A stretch of DNA of 37,200 bases, taken from an uncultured Rhizobiaceae group bacterium (GTDB taxonomy: Bacteria > Pseudomonadota > Alphaproteobacteria > Rhizobiales > Rhizobiaceae). Made by a program: the position numbers and the translations under genes. Where the stretch lies: positions 1 to 37,200 of the forward strand of contig CALDZZ010000226.1 in the NCBI GenBank assembly GCA_937944075.1. Reading direction: 5' to 3'. Shown one piece after another: positions 18,365 to 27,528 of the stretch. The notes beneath the pieces were generated by a model. That model was not told the DNA's origin. It made no database searches and saw only the letters and a program-made list of their open reading frames with translations. Position 1 is the stretch's first letter. Each line of letters starts with the position of its first letter.

Positions 18365-19704
18365 GTTGGGAATGTCTGGCGCACTTTGGGTGATAGCCTT
18401 GCGGATAACGTCAGTCCCCTGAAAATCACAAAGCTATGAAGCGCCAACCACAGGCCATGGTTGCCAAGCGGTTCCTTTACCAGCCACCAGACAAGCAAAT
18501 ATCCAATCAGCGATGCAACCATCATGATGCTCATGTCTCGTGACCAGGTTGCACCAATGAAAACGCCATCCATCTGAAATGCCAACATGCCGGAAAGCGG
18601 AATGAAAGCTGCCCATGCCAGATATACAAGTGCTTCTTCGCGTACTTCAGGAATGGTTGTCAAAAGCGCAATCAAAGATGGACCACCCAACCAGAACACC
18701 AGCGAGCAGGCAAATGCCATGATCGTGCTCCATAAAAGTGTGAGTTTAAATCCGCGCCAGAAACCGTCTTTGTATCTTGCGCCGATTGAACGGCCAACAA
18801 TTTGTTCTGCTGCTGTAGCAAGACCATCCAGAAAATAGCCGGAGATCAGGAAAAAATGCATCAGGATGGCGTTGGCTGCGAGTGTCGTATCACCAAAACT
18901 TGCTCCTTGTGCCGTGAAATAGGCAAAGGCAAAAAGTAGCGTGAACGATCGTAGCATGATATCTGCATTGAGATTTACAAGACGAACCCAGGCCGTCTTT
19001 TCCATGATGCGTGCACGTGAAGGACGAATGGAATGATCAAGCATGCGCCAGCAAACAAATAATCCTGCACCAAACGCCAACACCTCACCAATGATGGTTG
19101 CAATGGCGACCCCTTCAATGCCCCATTCCAAAACGAGCCCCAAATAAATACTAAACAGGATGTTCGTTCCATTGAGCAGAACCTGAATGGCAAGAGTCAT
19201 ATAGGAGCGCCCCAACCCCAATAACCAGCCGACAATGACATAATTGCCCAAAGCAAAGGGAGCAGAGATCATACGGATCAGAAAATAGGTTTTCGTTGCT
19301 TCTGCCACTGCTTGACTGGGTGCCATAAACCACAGGCCAAGGGCAATAATCAGCGGACTGAGCAAGGCCATCACGGCACCGCTAGAAACGGCAATCGCCA
19401 AGGCCCTGAACAAGATAGCCTGTTTTTCTTTCTCGTCTTCGGCGCCATAGGCCTGGGATGTAAGACCGGTTGTGCCTGAACGCAGAAAGTTGAATGTGGT
19501 AAAGACCAGATCAATGATAATGGCGCCAACGGCCAACCCACCAATCAACGCTTCAACACCCATGCGCCCTACTACCGCTGTATCAACCAGCCCCAGCAAG
19601 GGTGTGGTGATATAGGCGAGTGTCATGGGTATTGCGAGTTGTAAAACCGACTTGTGAGTTATTTCAAACCGTTTGGATTCGACCGCACCTTTGGAGCCGC
19701 TCAT
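18361..19704 (-). CDS. MATE family efflux transporter (DinF-like)
   Basis: 12-TM protein of 447 aa. N-terminal LQLAIPMTLAYITTPLLGLVDTAVVGRMG is typical of MATE. Its stop overlaps the arsC stop (TTAG). Confidence 0.88.
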   Translation of the reverse strand: MSGSKGAVESKRFEITHKSVLQLAIPMTLAYITTPLLGLVDTAVVGRMGVEALIGGLAVGAIIIDLVFTTFNFLRSGTTGLTSQAYGAEDEKEKQAILFRALAIAVSSGAVMALLSPLIIALGLWFMAPSQAVAEATKTYFLIRMISAPFALGNYVIVGWLLGLGRSYMTLAIQVLLNGTNILFSIYLGLVLEWGIEGVAIATIIGEVLAFGAGLFVCWRMLDHSIRPSRARIMEKTAWVRLVNLNADIMLRSFTLLFAFAYFTAQGASFGDTTLAANAILMHFFLISGYFLDGLATAAEQIVGRSIGARYKDGFWRGFKLTLLWSTIMAFACSLVFWLGGPSLIALLTTIPEVREEALVYLAWAAFIPLSGMLAFQMDGVFIGATWSRDMSIMMVASLIGYLLVWWLVKEPLGNHGLWLALHSFVIFRGLTLSARLSPKVRQTFPT

Positions 19705-19967
19705 TTCTTGAAATTAAGAAACCGGATGATAAGAAAGATCGGCACGACAATCCCTGCACCCAGCAGGAAGTAACTTCCGACTTTGCCCAGCGCCTCAAAA
19801 CCAAGGTTATAAATGCTGACAAAGAAATCCCGGATGCCGTACCAGACATCAATTGGCGTGAAATTCAGGGCACTCATGATAATACCGACGACAAATGAAA
19901 TAATCAAAAGCTTGATGATCGTGCGGCCTAGGCTATCACCCAGAAATGTGGTTAGCTTGTCAGACAT
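19701..19967 (-). CDS. Small membrane protein (88 aa, 2-3 TM), function unknown
   Basis: GGGGAAA Shine-Dalgarno 6 nt upstream of the ATG. Hydrophobic helices. Its TGA overlaps the MATE ATG (ATGA at 19701-19704). Confidence 0.6.
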   Translation of the reverse strand: MSDKLTTFLGDSLGRTIIKLLIISFVVGIIMSALNFTPIDVWYGIRDFFVSIYNLGFEALGKVGSYFLLGAGIVVPIFLIIRFLNFKK

Positions 19968-20031
19968 GGTATTTCCCCGAATAATCTTCTTAACACTAGG
20001 TATAGATGCAAGTGGTGGTTTTCAAGAAAAA

Positions 20032-20778
20032 CTATTGAAGCCCAACCGGGTCTACAATTCCGCGCTTGCAGCTTTGTTTTAATACAGGAGCTTGCAGGAT
20101 CCACTGCGCACCTGGTTCTTCAGGCAGAAGAGCACTTATTTTCAACTCTGTTATCAAGGTTCTTCTGCCATCGCGTTTACAACTTATACTCACTCGTTCA
20201 CCAGCCCCCCTGCCAAAGGAATTATCAAGTGCCTGTTTGATTTGGTTGGCTGATATTTCCTTGCCGATATTATCAACCATCAGGTTTCTCAACTCTGACT
20301 TGTTGATTTGTTCAAGCATGGCAAGTGATAGCTGATAATAACGCTCCGGGGTTGTTTCCTCTGCCATGCAAACACCATGTTTATACCACTCGTGCCTATG
20401 CAAATTTGAGCGAAACCCTGGCATGATAATCGAGAGTTCTTTTCGCAACGTTTTTGATAACTCCAGTTTTGGAAGTTCTCCCCATCGTCTTCGCTTGTCT
20501 TTTTCAATCAAGTCGCTCGGGAGATTGCAATATGTATTGTCACGTGGCTGTGGCCACAAACCGTGCAATGAAAGGTTGCTGGCATCAAACCTGCTGTTGC
20601 GTTGTGAACGACATTCAGGCAAATTCGGACGTCCCTCGCAAAAAGCCGGCTGCCAACTCAAGGCCAGCACATAACTTTCAGGCTCGGAATATTGAGTTTT
20701 CGGTTTAGGCCAATAAAGCCAAGCAACCGCTATAACTACCCCTCCCAAAAACAGAATATTAAAAACTTCTTTTTTCAT
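20032..20778 (-). CDS. Ribonuclease T2 family (RNase I-like), exported
   Basis: CAS I motif LHGLWPQ and CAS II motif HEWYKHGVC are both present. N-terminal hydrophobic signal/anchor MKKEVFNILFLGGVVIAVAWL. GAAGG Shine-Dalgarno. Confidence 0.85.
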   Translation of the reverse strand: MKKEVFNILFLGGVVIAVAWLYWPKPKTQYSEPESYVLALSWQPAFCEGRPNLPECRSQRNSRFDASNLSLHGLWPQPRDNTYCNLPSDLIEKDKRRRWGELPKLELSKTLRKELSIIMPGFRSNLHRHEWYKHGVCMAEETTPERYYQLSLAMLEQINKSELRNLMVDNIGKEISANQIKQALDNSFGRGAGERVSISCKRDGRRTLITELKISALLPEEPGAQWILQAPVLKQSCKRGIVDPVGLQ

Positions 20779-20814
20779 TCGACCTTCTCATCTCACCTCA
20801 CTACATTACATAGC

Positions 20815-23340
20815 GTGACCCAAAATACGACCCTCAAATCCAGTGGTACGGCACTTGCCTTTGATTTGCCTGCGCCCTTTCAAAAATGGTTTTCAAGCCA
20901 TGGCTGGCAACCGCGTGCGCATCAGCTGGAACTGCTTGCGAAAACGCAGGCCGGGCTTTCAACACTTTTGATTGCCCCCACCGGAGCGGGAAAGACACTG
21001 GCGGGTTTCCTGCCAACGCTTGTGGAACTTTCCAGACTTGAGAAACGCAAACCCGGTCAAAAGAAACGCGGTGTGCACACGCTTTACATCTCACCGCTCA
21101 AGGCGCTAGCGGTCGATATCAAACGCAATCTTGAAAAACCCATTCAAGAGATTGGCCTTGATATTGAAATAGAAACCCGAACCGGTGATACGACTGCAGC
21201 AAGGCGACAAAGGCAGAAACTTGCACCACCACAAATCATGCTGACCACGCCAGAGCAATTGGCACTTCTCATTTCCAACAAGGATGCCGAACAGTTTTTT
21301 GACGGTCTTGAGACGGTTATTTTTGATGAGTTGCATTCTTTGGTCACTTCAAAACGCGGACAGCTTTTGGCGCTTGGTCTTGCACGACTTCGAACCCTTA
21401 GGCCCAGACTTAAAACCATTGGTCTTTCGGCAACGGTTTCCAATCCGGATGACTTGCGCCGATGGCTTGTAAGACAGCCGCCTATGGGTGAAGTGGCAGA
21501 AGCCGAACTCATCAAGCTTGAAGGGGGTGCAAAGCCTGAGATATCCATTTTGGAATCTGAAGAGCGTGTCCCATGGTCAGGCCATTCGGCACGCTATGCA
21601 GTTGCTGAAATTTATGAAGCCGTCCAGAAGCATCAAACAACCCTGCTGTTTGTTAACACGCGTTCGCAAGCGGAAATGCTGTTTCAGGAGCTTTGGAAAA
21701 TCAACGAGGATACCTTGCCGATAGCGCTTCATCACGGATCACTGGATGTGAGCCAGAGACGGCGTGTTGAGGAAGCCATGCAACGCAATGAGCTGCGTGC
21801 GGTGATTGCAACCTCTACGCTTGATCTTGGAATTGACTGGGGCGATGTGGATCTGGTGATCCACGTTGGAGCCCCGAAAGGCGCTAGCCGCTTGGCACAA
21901 CGCATTGGCAGGGCCAATCACCGCATCGATGAACCATCTCGTGCCATTCTGGTGCCCTCCAACCGCTTTGAAGTAATGGAGTGTCAGGCGGCACTTGATG
22001 CAAATTATTTGGGTGCGCAAGACACCCCCGCCCTTCGACAAGGTGCACTCGATGTGCTTGCACAGCATGTTCTGGGCACTGCTTGCGCCGGACCTTTCTT
22101 TGCTGATGAGCTTTACACTGAAATCACTTCAGCAGCTCCTTTTGCCGAAGTCACCCGCGAGAGTTTTGATCAGGTTTTGCAATTTGTAGCTACAGGTGGA
22201 TATGCGCTTAAAACCTATGAACAATATGCAAAGATCAGGCAGGTAGAGGATGGCAGTTGGCGCTTAACACATCCACGCCTTGCACAACGCTACCGGATGA
22301 ATTGTGGCACGATTATTCAGGCCCCCATGCTGGATGTTCGCCTTACCCGCAAAAAAGGCAAGGGAACCAACTTTCAGGGCGGACCTGTTTTGGGGAAAAT
22401 TGAAGAGTATTTCATGGAAAGTCTTTCACCCGGTGACACTTTCATGTTTGCAGGGCAAGTCCTGCGGCTGGAAGGAATACGTGAAGCAGCCTGTTACGTT
22501 TCCAAGGCACATGGCAGTGATCCCAAGGTTCCTTCCTACATCGGGGGCAGTTTTCCGCTTTCCACTTATCTGGCTGACCTGGTGCGTGAAATGCTGTCAG
22601 ATCCCAAATTGTGGGAAAGACTGCCAGAGCAGGTAAGCGAATGGCTCTCTATTCAGAAAGAACATTCAATTCTGCCCAACAAGGATGATCTCCTGGTAGA
22701 AACCTACCCGCGCGGAGAGCGCCACTATATGGTTGCCTACCCTTTTGAAGGCAGGCTTGCCCATCAGACCTTGGGCATGTTGCTGACACGCAGACTGGAA
22801 CGCATGAAAGCAAAGCCACTGGGTTTCGTTGCAAGTGATTATGCAATTGCGATCTGGGGTCTGAAGGATTTTTCCAAACTGTTTGAGGCCGGAAAACCAT
22901 CTCTTGAAATGCTGTTTGATGAAGACATGCTTGGCGATGATCTGGAGGCATGGCTGGATGAATCCTTCCTGCTTAAACGCACTTTTCGCGATTGCGCAAC
23001 CATCGCCGGATTAATCGAAAGACGATTTCCTGGCAAGGAAAAGACAGGGCGTCAGATGACGGTCTCATCCGATTTGATTTATGATGTCCTGCGTAGCCAT
23101 GAACCGGATCATGTCTTGTTGCAGGCTACACGGCAGGAAGCAGCCTATGGTCTTTTGGATATCAAGCGGCTTGGAGAAATGCTCTCGCGCATCCGGTCAC
23201 GAATCGTGCATAAACCTCTGGAGAAAATTTCCCCACTTGCGGTGCCCATCATGATGGAAATTGGCAAGGAAGGGGTTGCAGGTGAGGCTTCCGAAAGCCT
23301 GCTTGCGGAAGCAGCAGATGAACTGGTGGACCTTGATTGA
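20815..23340 (+). CDS. Lhr-like 'ligase-associated DNA damage response' DEXH-box helicase
   Basis: Motif I APTGAGKT, motif II FDELH, SAT motif LSAT, motif VI RIGRANHR, plus the long Lhr-type C-terminal domain. The start is uncertain: the GTG at 20815 is chosen because the ORF-track start at 20692 would overlap the divergent RNase T2 gene by 87 nt. The TTG at 20866 is also possible. Confidence 0.82.
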   Translation: MTQNTTLKSSGTALAFDLPAPFQKWFSSHGWQPRAHQLELLAKTQAGLSTLLIAPTGAGKTLAGFLPTLVELSRLEKRKPGQKKRGVHTLYISPLKALAVDIKRNLEKPIQEIGLDIEIETRTGDTTAARRQRQKLAPPQIMLTTPEQLALLISNKDAEQFFDGLETVIFDELHSLVTSKRGQLLALGLARLRTLRPRLKTIGLSATVSNPDDLRRWLVRQPPMGEVAEAELIKLEGGAKPEISILESEERVPWSGHSARYAVAEIYEAVQKHQTTLLFVNTRSQAEMLFQELWKINEDTLPIALHHGSLDVSQRRRVEEAMQRNELRAVIATSTLDLGIDWGDVDLVIHVGAPKGASRLAQRIGRANHRIDEPSRAILVPSNRFEVMECQAALDANYLGAQDTPALRQGALDVLAQHVLGTACAGPFFADELYTEITSAAPFAEVTRESFDQVLQFVATGGYALKTYEQYAKIRQVEDGSWRLTHPRLAQRYRMNCGTIIQAPMLDVRLTRKKGKGTNFQGGPVLGKIEEYFMESLSPGDTFMFAGQVLRLEGIREAACYVSKAHGSDPKVPSYIGGSFPLSTYLADLVREMLSDPKLWERLPEQVSEWLSIQKEHSILPNKDDLLVETYPRGERHYMVAYPFEGRLAHQTLGMLLTRRLERMKAKPLGFVASDYAIAIWGLKDFSKLFEAGKPSLEMLFDEDMLGDDLEAWLDESFLLKRTFRDCATIAGLIERRFPGKEKTGRQMTVSSDLIYDVLRSHEPDHVLLQATRQEAAYGLLDIKRLGEMLSRIRSRIVHKPLEKISPLAVPIMMEIGKEGVAGEASESLLAEAADELVDLD

Positions 23341-24065
23341 TGGTAGAAATGGCAAGCAACGCCCAAATGGCACAAACCAATGAGAGTGGTGCACAGAACA
23401 TTTTTTGTGATAACTCCCTGAGCCTTGATCCGGCCGGGTGTCTCTTTTGGCATGAAGAAAAGCTTTTGGTGGTTTCTGACTTGCACCTTGAAAAGGGCTC
23501 TTCATTTGCCGCCAAAAGAAATCTGTTTCTTCCCCCTTATGATACACAGGCGACACTTGAAAAACTTGCAATACGGATAGCCTATTGGCAACCGAAAACC
23601 GTCTTGTCCCTTGGTGACAGTTTCCATGATGATGATGCTGCAACGCGATTGCCAAACAGTTACAAACAGCATTTGACTCAGCTCATGCAGGGGCGTGACT
23701 GGATTTGGGTCAGCGGCAATCATGACCCTTCCCCACCACAAGATTTGGGCGGACAGTTCTGCGAAGAATTGCATATCGGAAATCTGAATTTTTGCCATGA
23801 GCCCAAAGTTGATTTCAAAACTGGAGAAATTGCCGGTCATTTGCATCCGGCTGCAAAAATTAAACAGCGTGGCAAGAATATCAGAAGGCGTTGCTTTATC
23901 GGAGATGGAGCCAGACTAATCATGCCGGCCTTTGGTGCGCTAACCGGCGGGTTGAATGTGATGGACGAGGCCTATACCGGTCTGTTTGACCAAACGCACC
24001 TCAAGAGCTGGATGTTGAGTGGTGATCGGGTTTTTGAAATCGAGGGAAAGCGATTGATTAAATAA
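23340..24065 (+). CDS. pdeM: Ligase-associated DNA damage response endonuclease PdeM (metallophosphoesterase)
   Basis: LVVSDLHLEKGSSF, SLGDSFHD, SGNHD and GHLHP metallophosphoesterase motifs in the PdeM arrangement. The ATG overlaps the helicase stop (TGATG). Confidence 0.8.
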   Translation: MVEMASNAQMAQTNESGAQNIFCDNSLSLDPAGCLFWHEEKLLVVSDLHLEKGSSFAAKRNLFLPPYDTQATLEKLAIRIAYWQPKTVLSLGDSFHDDDAATRLPNSYKQHLTQLMQGRDWIWVSGNHDPSPPQDLGGQFCEELHIGNLNFCHEPKVDFKTGEIAGHLHPAAKIKQRGKNIRRRCFIGDGARLIMPAFGALTGGLNVMDEAYTGLFDQTHLKSWMLSGDRVFEIEGKRLIK

Positions 24066-24074
24066 GTGCTCTTT

Positions 24075-24518
24075 TTAGGAAATTGCAAAAAGAACCACGA
24101 CATGCGCCGCCACAACCAGAAATGTCAGTGTAATCCTGATTTTGCCAAACCAGGGAGCAACCTTTCCTTCATTGATATAAAAGCTGTCCCACGCACCATG
24201 AAGTGAAAACAAAAGCAAAAGCGCCAATATGCAATAGGCATCCGGTAGCAGCAGGACGAACCAAGCCAGGATCGAGGGAACTACCGACAACAACAGATTT
24301 CTGTTTTCGAAGGGTTCATTGGCAATCGCAAATCCCCATCGGATGCCGCCCAGGAACGAGAGTATCAAGGCTGACCAAATCTTGAAAATGTCAAATAGGC
24401 TTGCAAAAAAACCACTGCCAGGCCCAAGCACAAGCAAGGCAATCGCGAGGAAGCCAAAGGGTATAAACCCGGCAAGTGACAGGCCCCATGCAAGGGTGGC
24501 GGTTTTTATCGTTTGCAA
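24075..24518 (-). CDS. DUF3429 family membrane protein
   Basis: Four-TM, 147-aa protein with LSLAGFIPFG and ILSFLGGIRWG, characteristic of DUF3429. TTG start 8 nt after AAGGA. Confidence 0.65.
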   Translation of the reverse strand: MQTIKTATLAWGLSLAGFIPFGFLAIALLVLGPGSGFFASLFDIFKIWSALILSFLGGIRWGFAIANEPFENRNLLLSVVPSILAWFVLLLPDAYCILALLLLFSLHGAWDSFYINEGKVAPWFGKIRITLTFLVVAAHVVVLFAIS

Positions 24519-24536
24519 ATGCAGTATCCTTACAAA

Positions 24537-25319
24537 TCAGTTCTTGCGGAATATAGCGTTTGCTGCCCATCCCGTAAATATGGCGACCAACACTGCCATG
24601 ATACCGTGCAACAGCCCTTGGTCGTGTGCCAGATTATATATCCAGCGTTCAAAGCCAATTTTCTCAATCTTGAAACTGGATTCATTGGTGTTCAGAATTT
24701 GACCATCCTTGAACAAATAGGCGGTAACCTTGTGCTCACCAATTGGCACATTTGCCGGCAGGGACAATCTGGCCCTGAAGAGGCTCGGGCTTAGCTGGGT
24801 TAATGTGCCAGGCGTTTCAGCAAAAAGTTCCTGCTCAACGCGCAATCGCCTCAAGGCATCCGAAAACTGACCCGGTTTCAGCACAAGCGTTTTTTGATCA
24901 ATGTCAGGTTCTGCCTTGCCAAGGTTTTGAATGCCAAGGCTGACAGGCTCAAGAGCATCCGATTTTGCAATCTCGTCCAGTGGTCTGGCAGAAAGGATCG
25001 AATAAAACGAGGGAACAGCTTCATATTTTTGGGATTGATTGTTTATCCAAATACCACCAATGCGTTCTTTCTTGCGAATTACAACGTCTTCAGGCGCACC
25101 TTCAACACGGATTACAACATCGTATTCACCGCGATAAAGATCAGCCTGCTCATTCGTTTCTATCGAGCCAAAGATCACAATCTCTGCGCCATCAAAACTG
25201 GAACTCACAGGAACCTGATCCACTGATACACCCATTTGCAGTGATTCAGCATGCGCCGGCAGCAAACTTGTACCCGCTACCAATATGGCACCTGAAATGA
25301 GGGAGATTAGATGTTTCAT
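24537..25319 (-). CDS. TIGR02186-family protein (signal peptide + C-terminal TM anchor), function unknown
   Basis: N-terminal signal sequence ending AHA-ES, a single C-terminal TM, 260 aa. Its start overlaps the TauE stop (TGATG). This family is typically found downstream of TauE/SafE genes in alphaproteobacteria. Confidence 0.65.
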   Translation of the reverse strand: MKHLISLISGAILVAGTSLLPAHAESLQMGVSVDQVPVSSSFDGAEIVIFGSIETNEQADLYRGEYDVVIRVEGAPEDVVIRKKERIGGIWINNQSQKYEAVPSFYSILSARPLDEIAKSDALEPVSLGIQNLGKAEPDIDQKTLVLKPGQFSDALRRLRVEQELFAETPGTLTQLSPSLFRARLSLPANVPIGEHKVTAYLFKDGQILNTNESSFKIEKIGFERWIYNLAHDQGLLHGIMAVLVAIFTGWAANAIFRKN

Positions 25320-26323
25320 CAGTGACCTCCCTGATCCATGGATCCGATAACATTAAACAATTCATCAGGTGTCACAACCAGGTCATAACCAAGACGAATA
25401 CAAACACCCAATACAAGCAATCCAAGCAATGCGCGCAATTGCTCCCCTTTTAGCTTGTGACCGGCAGCTGCACCAAACTGGGCACCAATCACACCGCCTA
25501 CCATGAGAATAAATGCAAGAACGATATCGACCGTCTGGTTGGTTGCAGACTGAATTATCGTAGTATAACCGGTGACAAAAATAATCTGGAAGAGCGACGT
25601 TCCAATAACCACATTGGTTGGTACGCGGAGCAGATAAATCATGGCAGGTACCATGATAAAGCCACCCCCTACCCCCATAATGGCCGCAAGCACACCAACC
25701 AGCATGCCGATCGCCAAAACAGGAATAACACTCAAATATAGTTTTGATTTTCTAAAACGCACTTTTAGCGGCAGCTTGTGTATCCAGCTATCATGACCTG
25801 AGCGGCGTTTGACAGGCACATCATCCTGTTTGGACTTGCGAATGGCATTGAGACTTTCAATTGTCATCAACGTACCAATGGCACCCAAAAAGACGACGTA
25901 TAAAATAGAGATAATGAGATCCAGCTGGCCTGCACTTCTCAGGGAAGAAAATATATAAACACCCAGTGTTGAGCCTATGAGGCCGCCAATTAACAACATG
26001 ACCCCAAGCTTGATGTCTACTGTGCCTTTTCGGAAGTGCGCCAGGGCACCGGAAAATGATGAGGCTACAATCTGGTTTGCTTCAGTTGCCACTGCAACGG
26101 CAGGCGGGATGTTGTAGAAGATCAGGAGCGGTGTCATCAAAAACCCGCCACCAACACCAAACATTCCGGACAAAAAGCCAACCGAAGCACCCATTCCAAA
26201 CAGAATGAACATGTTCACGGACATTTCCGCTATGGGAAGATAGATGCTCACAGCATCCTCCAGAAGAGAGATGGAACCTAGTAAAACCGGCAAGTCGCCA
26301 TAATATCTGACACTGCCTTGCAT
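25319..26323 (-). CDS. Sulfite exporter TauE/SafE family membrane protein
   Basis: Duplicated 4-TM halves with GVGGGFLMTPLL and GVGGGFIMVPAMIYLL motifs. An alternative GTG start at 26251 (giving VSIYLPIAEMSVN) follows GAGGA. Confidence 0.82.
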   Translation of the reverse strand: MQGSVRYYGDLPVLLGSISLLEDAVSIYLPIAEMSVNMFILFGMGASVGFLSGMFGVGGGFLMTPLLIFYNIPPAVAVATEANQIVASSFSGALAHFRKGTVDIKLGVMLLIGGLIGSTLGVYIFSSLRSAGQLDLIISILYVVFLGAIGTLMTIESLNAIRKSKQDDVPVKRRSGHDSWIHKLPLKVRFRKSKLYLSVIPVLAIGMLVGVLAAIMGVGGGFIMVPAMIYLLRVPTNVVIGTSLFQIIFVTGYTTIIQSATNQTVDIVLAFILMVGGVIGAQFGAAAGHKLKGEQLRALLGLLVLGVCIRLGYDLVVTPDELFNVIGSMDQGGH

Positions 26324-26418
26324 ATTACGGTTCTATTGCGCCTCGACACCTTGAATGTCAATGCAGGAAGCCGTTCAAATTTTCAAAATAATAGGTCCAG
26401 TTTGATGGATGGACTATT

Positions 26419-27015
26419 TTATCGAATGCCGCTGATTATTTTGCTGTGCACCGCCTTGTTGTTGCCAAGGTCGATATGGCCATCCTTGTAGGTAAACTGA
26501 CCAATCTTGGTAACCGTGTTTCCACTAGCCTTGCCAATTCTGCGCTTGGTGCATTCAGGCCCAGTGCAAATGAAATTGTCAGCCTTGCGAACATTAGCCT
26601 TGATGGCCTTGAGAGACGTCCCCTCGATAATACCAAGGTAATTTACCGGAATGCCTTTTGCAGCAAGTTTGCTGGCAATATCACTGACCATGTTTGCACC
26701 ATAGCTGATGCCAATAAGATTAATCGGTTCATTCGGGTTTCTTGCATATCGAGCCTGTATATCTTTCAGGATATTAGGCTTGATAATATTGTTGCCTTCA
26801 ATAGAGGTGATGTAGCTGAACACTTTTGAACCTGGTATTTTCTTGCCAAGGTTATTCATGCCATAACCAATGAACGGGACAGCGCTTGCCAGACCATTAA
26901 CAATATAGGTTCTTGCACTTGCCTGATTGCTTGCCATGCCAATGGTAGCTGTCGCCACGAGCGTGACTGCAAGTTTTTTTCCAAGACCCTTAAATTTCAA
27001 CAATCGACCCATCAA
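26419..27015 (-). CDS. Small secreted protein with a GxSxG (GISYG) serine-hydrolase-like motif, function unknown
   Basis: Signal peptide ...ATIGMASNQASA-RT. INLIGISYGANMV resembles a nucleophile elbow. Cys pair in CTGPEC. Confidence 0.5.
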   Translation of the reverse strand: MMGRLLKFKGLGKKLAVTLVATATIGMASNQASARTYIVNGLASAVPFIGYGMNNLGKKIPGSKVFSYITSIEGNNIIKPNILKDIQARYARNPNEPINLIGISYGANMVSDIASKLAAKGIPVNYLGIIEGTSLKAIKANVRKADNFICTGPECTKRRIGKASGNTVTKIGQFTYKDGHIDLGNNKAVHSKIISGIR

Positions 27016-27107
27016 ATCTTCTCCTGTTTAATCCTGAAAATTCCCTAAGGTAACATTGCAGCAATATTGTGGTGATTATGAAACAGAGCCCGTATTCAAA
27101 ACGAGCA

Positions 27108-27500
27108 TTATTGTTCACCTTCGGATTTGCTCTTGCGTCCTTTTTTGACGAAGAAATATATCAAGGGCAAAAGACCAATGCCTGTCAGCGCCAACAATAT
27201 CCACCATTTGGAGTAACCGGTATCGTTAATTCTGCGCATCGCCACTGTAATGGTGGGAATGATCAAAACAATCAGGGAAATCAACGATAACCATTTTGGT
27301 GTATCCTGATCGAAAGCCATCACCTCTTCACCTGAAAGATTTCCAATCAATGGACCTAGATATGCGCCATCGATTATCAGGGTGATGCACAGGAAAATAC
27401 ACACAAAAAACAGCCAGAACCAGAATGATCCCCTGCTGGCAATTCCATTGATGTTCAGCATATTGCTGAACCCTTCGATAATTGCCTTAAAGAAACGCAT
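27108..27500 (-). CDS. DUF805 family inner-membrane protein
   Basis: RGSFWFWLFF and RRINDTGYSKWWILL are DUF805 hallmarks. The ATG at 27500 (MRFFKAIIEGF) is preferred, because the ORF-track start at 27539 would overlap the upstream gene. Confidence 0.75.
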   Translation of the reverse strand: MRFFKAIIEGFSNMLNINGIASRGSFWFWLFFVCIFLCITLIIDGAYLGPLIGNLSGEEVMAFDQDTPKWLSLISLIVLIIPTITVAMRRINDTGYSKWWILLALTGIGLLPLIYFFVKKGRKSKSEGEQ

Positions 27501-27528
27501 AATTTGATTCCGCCTTAAGCTGACTATC

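Noticed and set aside
20692-20814. N-terminal extension of the helicase ORF overlapping the RNase T2 gene
   Set aside because: The extension has no similarity to helicase N-termini and reads as low-complexity sequence. It would overlap 87 nt of the divergent gene, so a later GTG/TTG start is more plausible.
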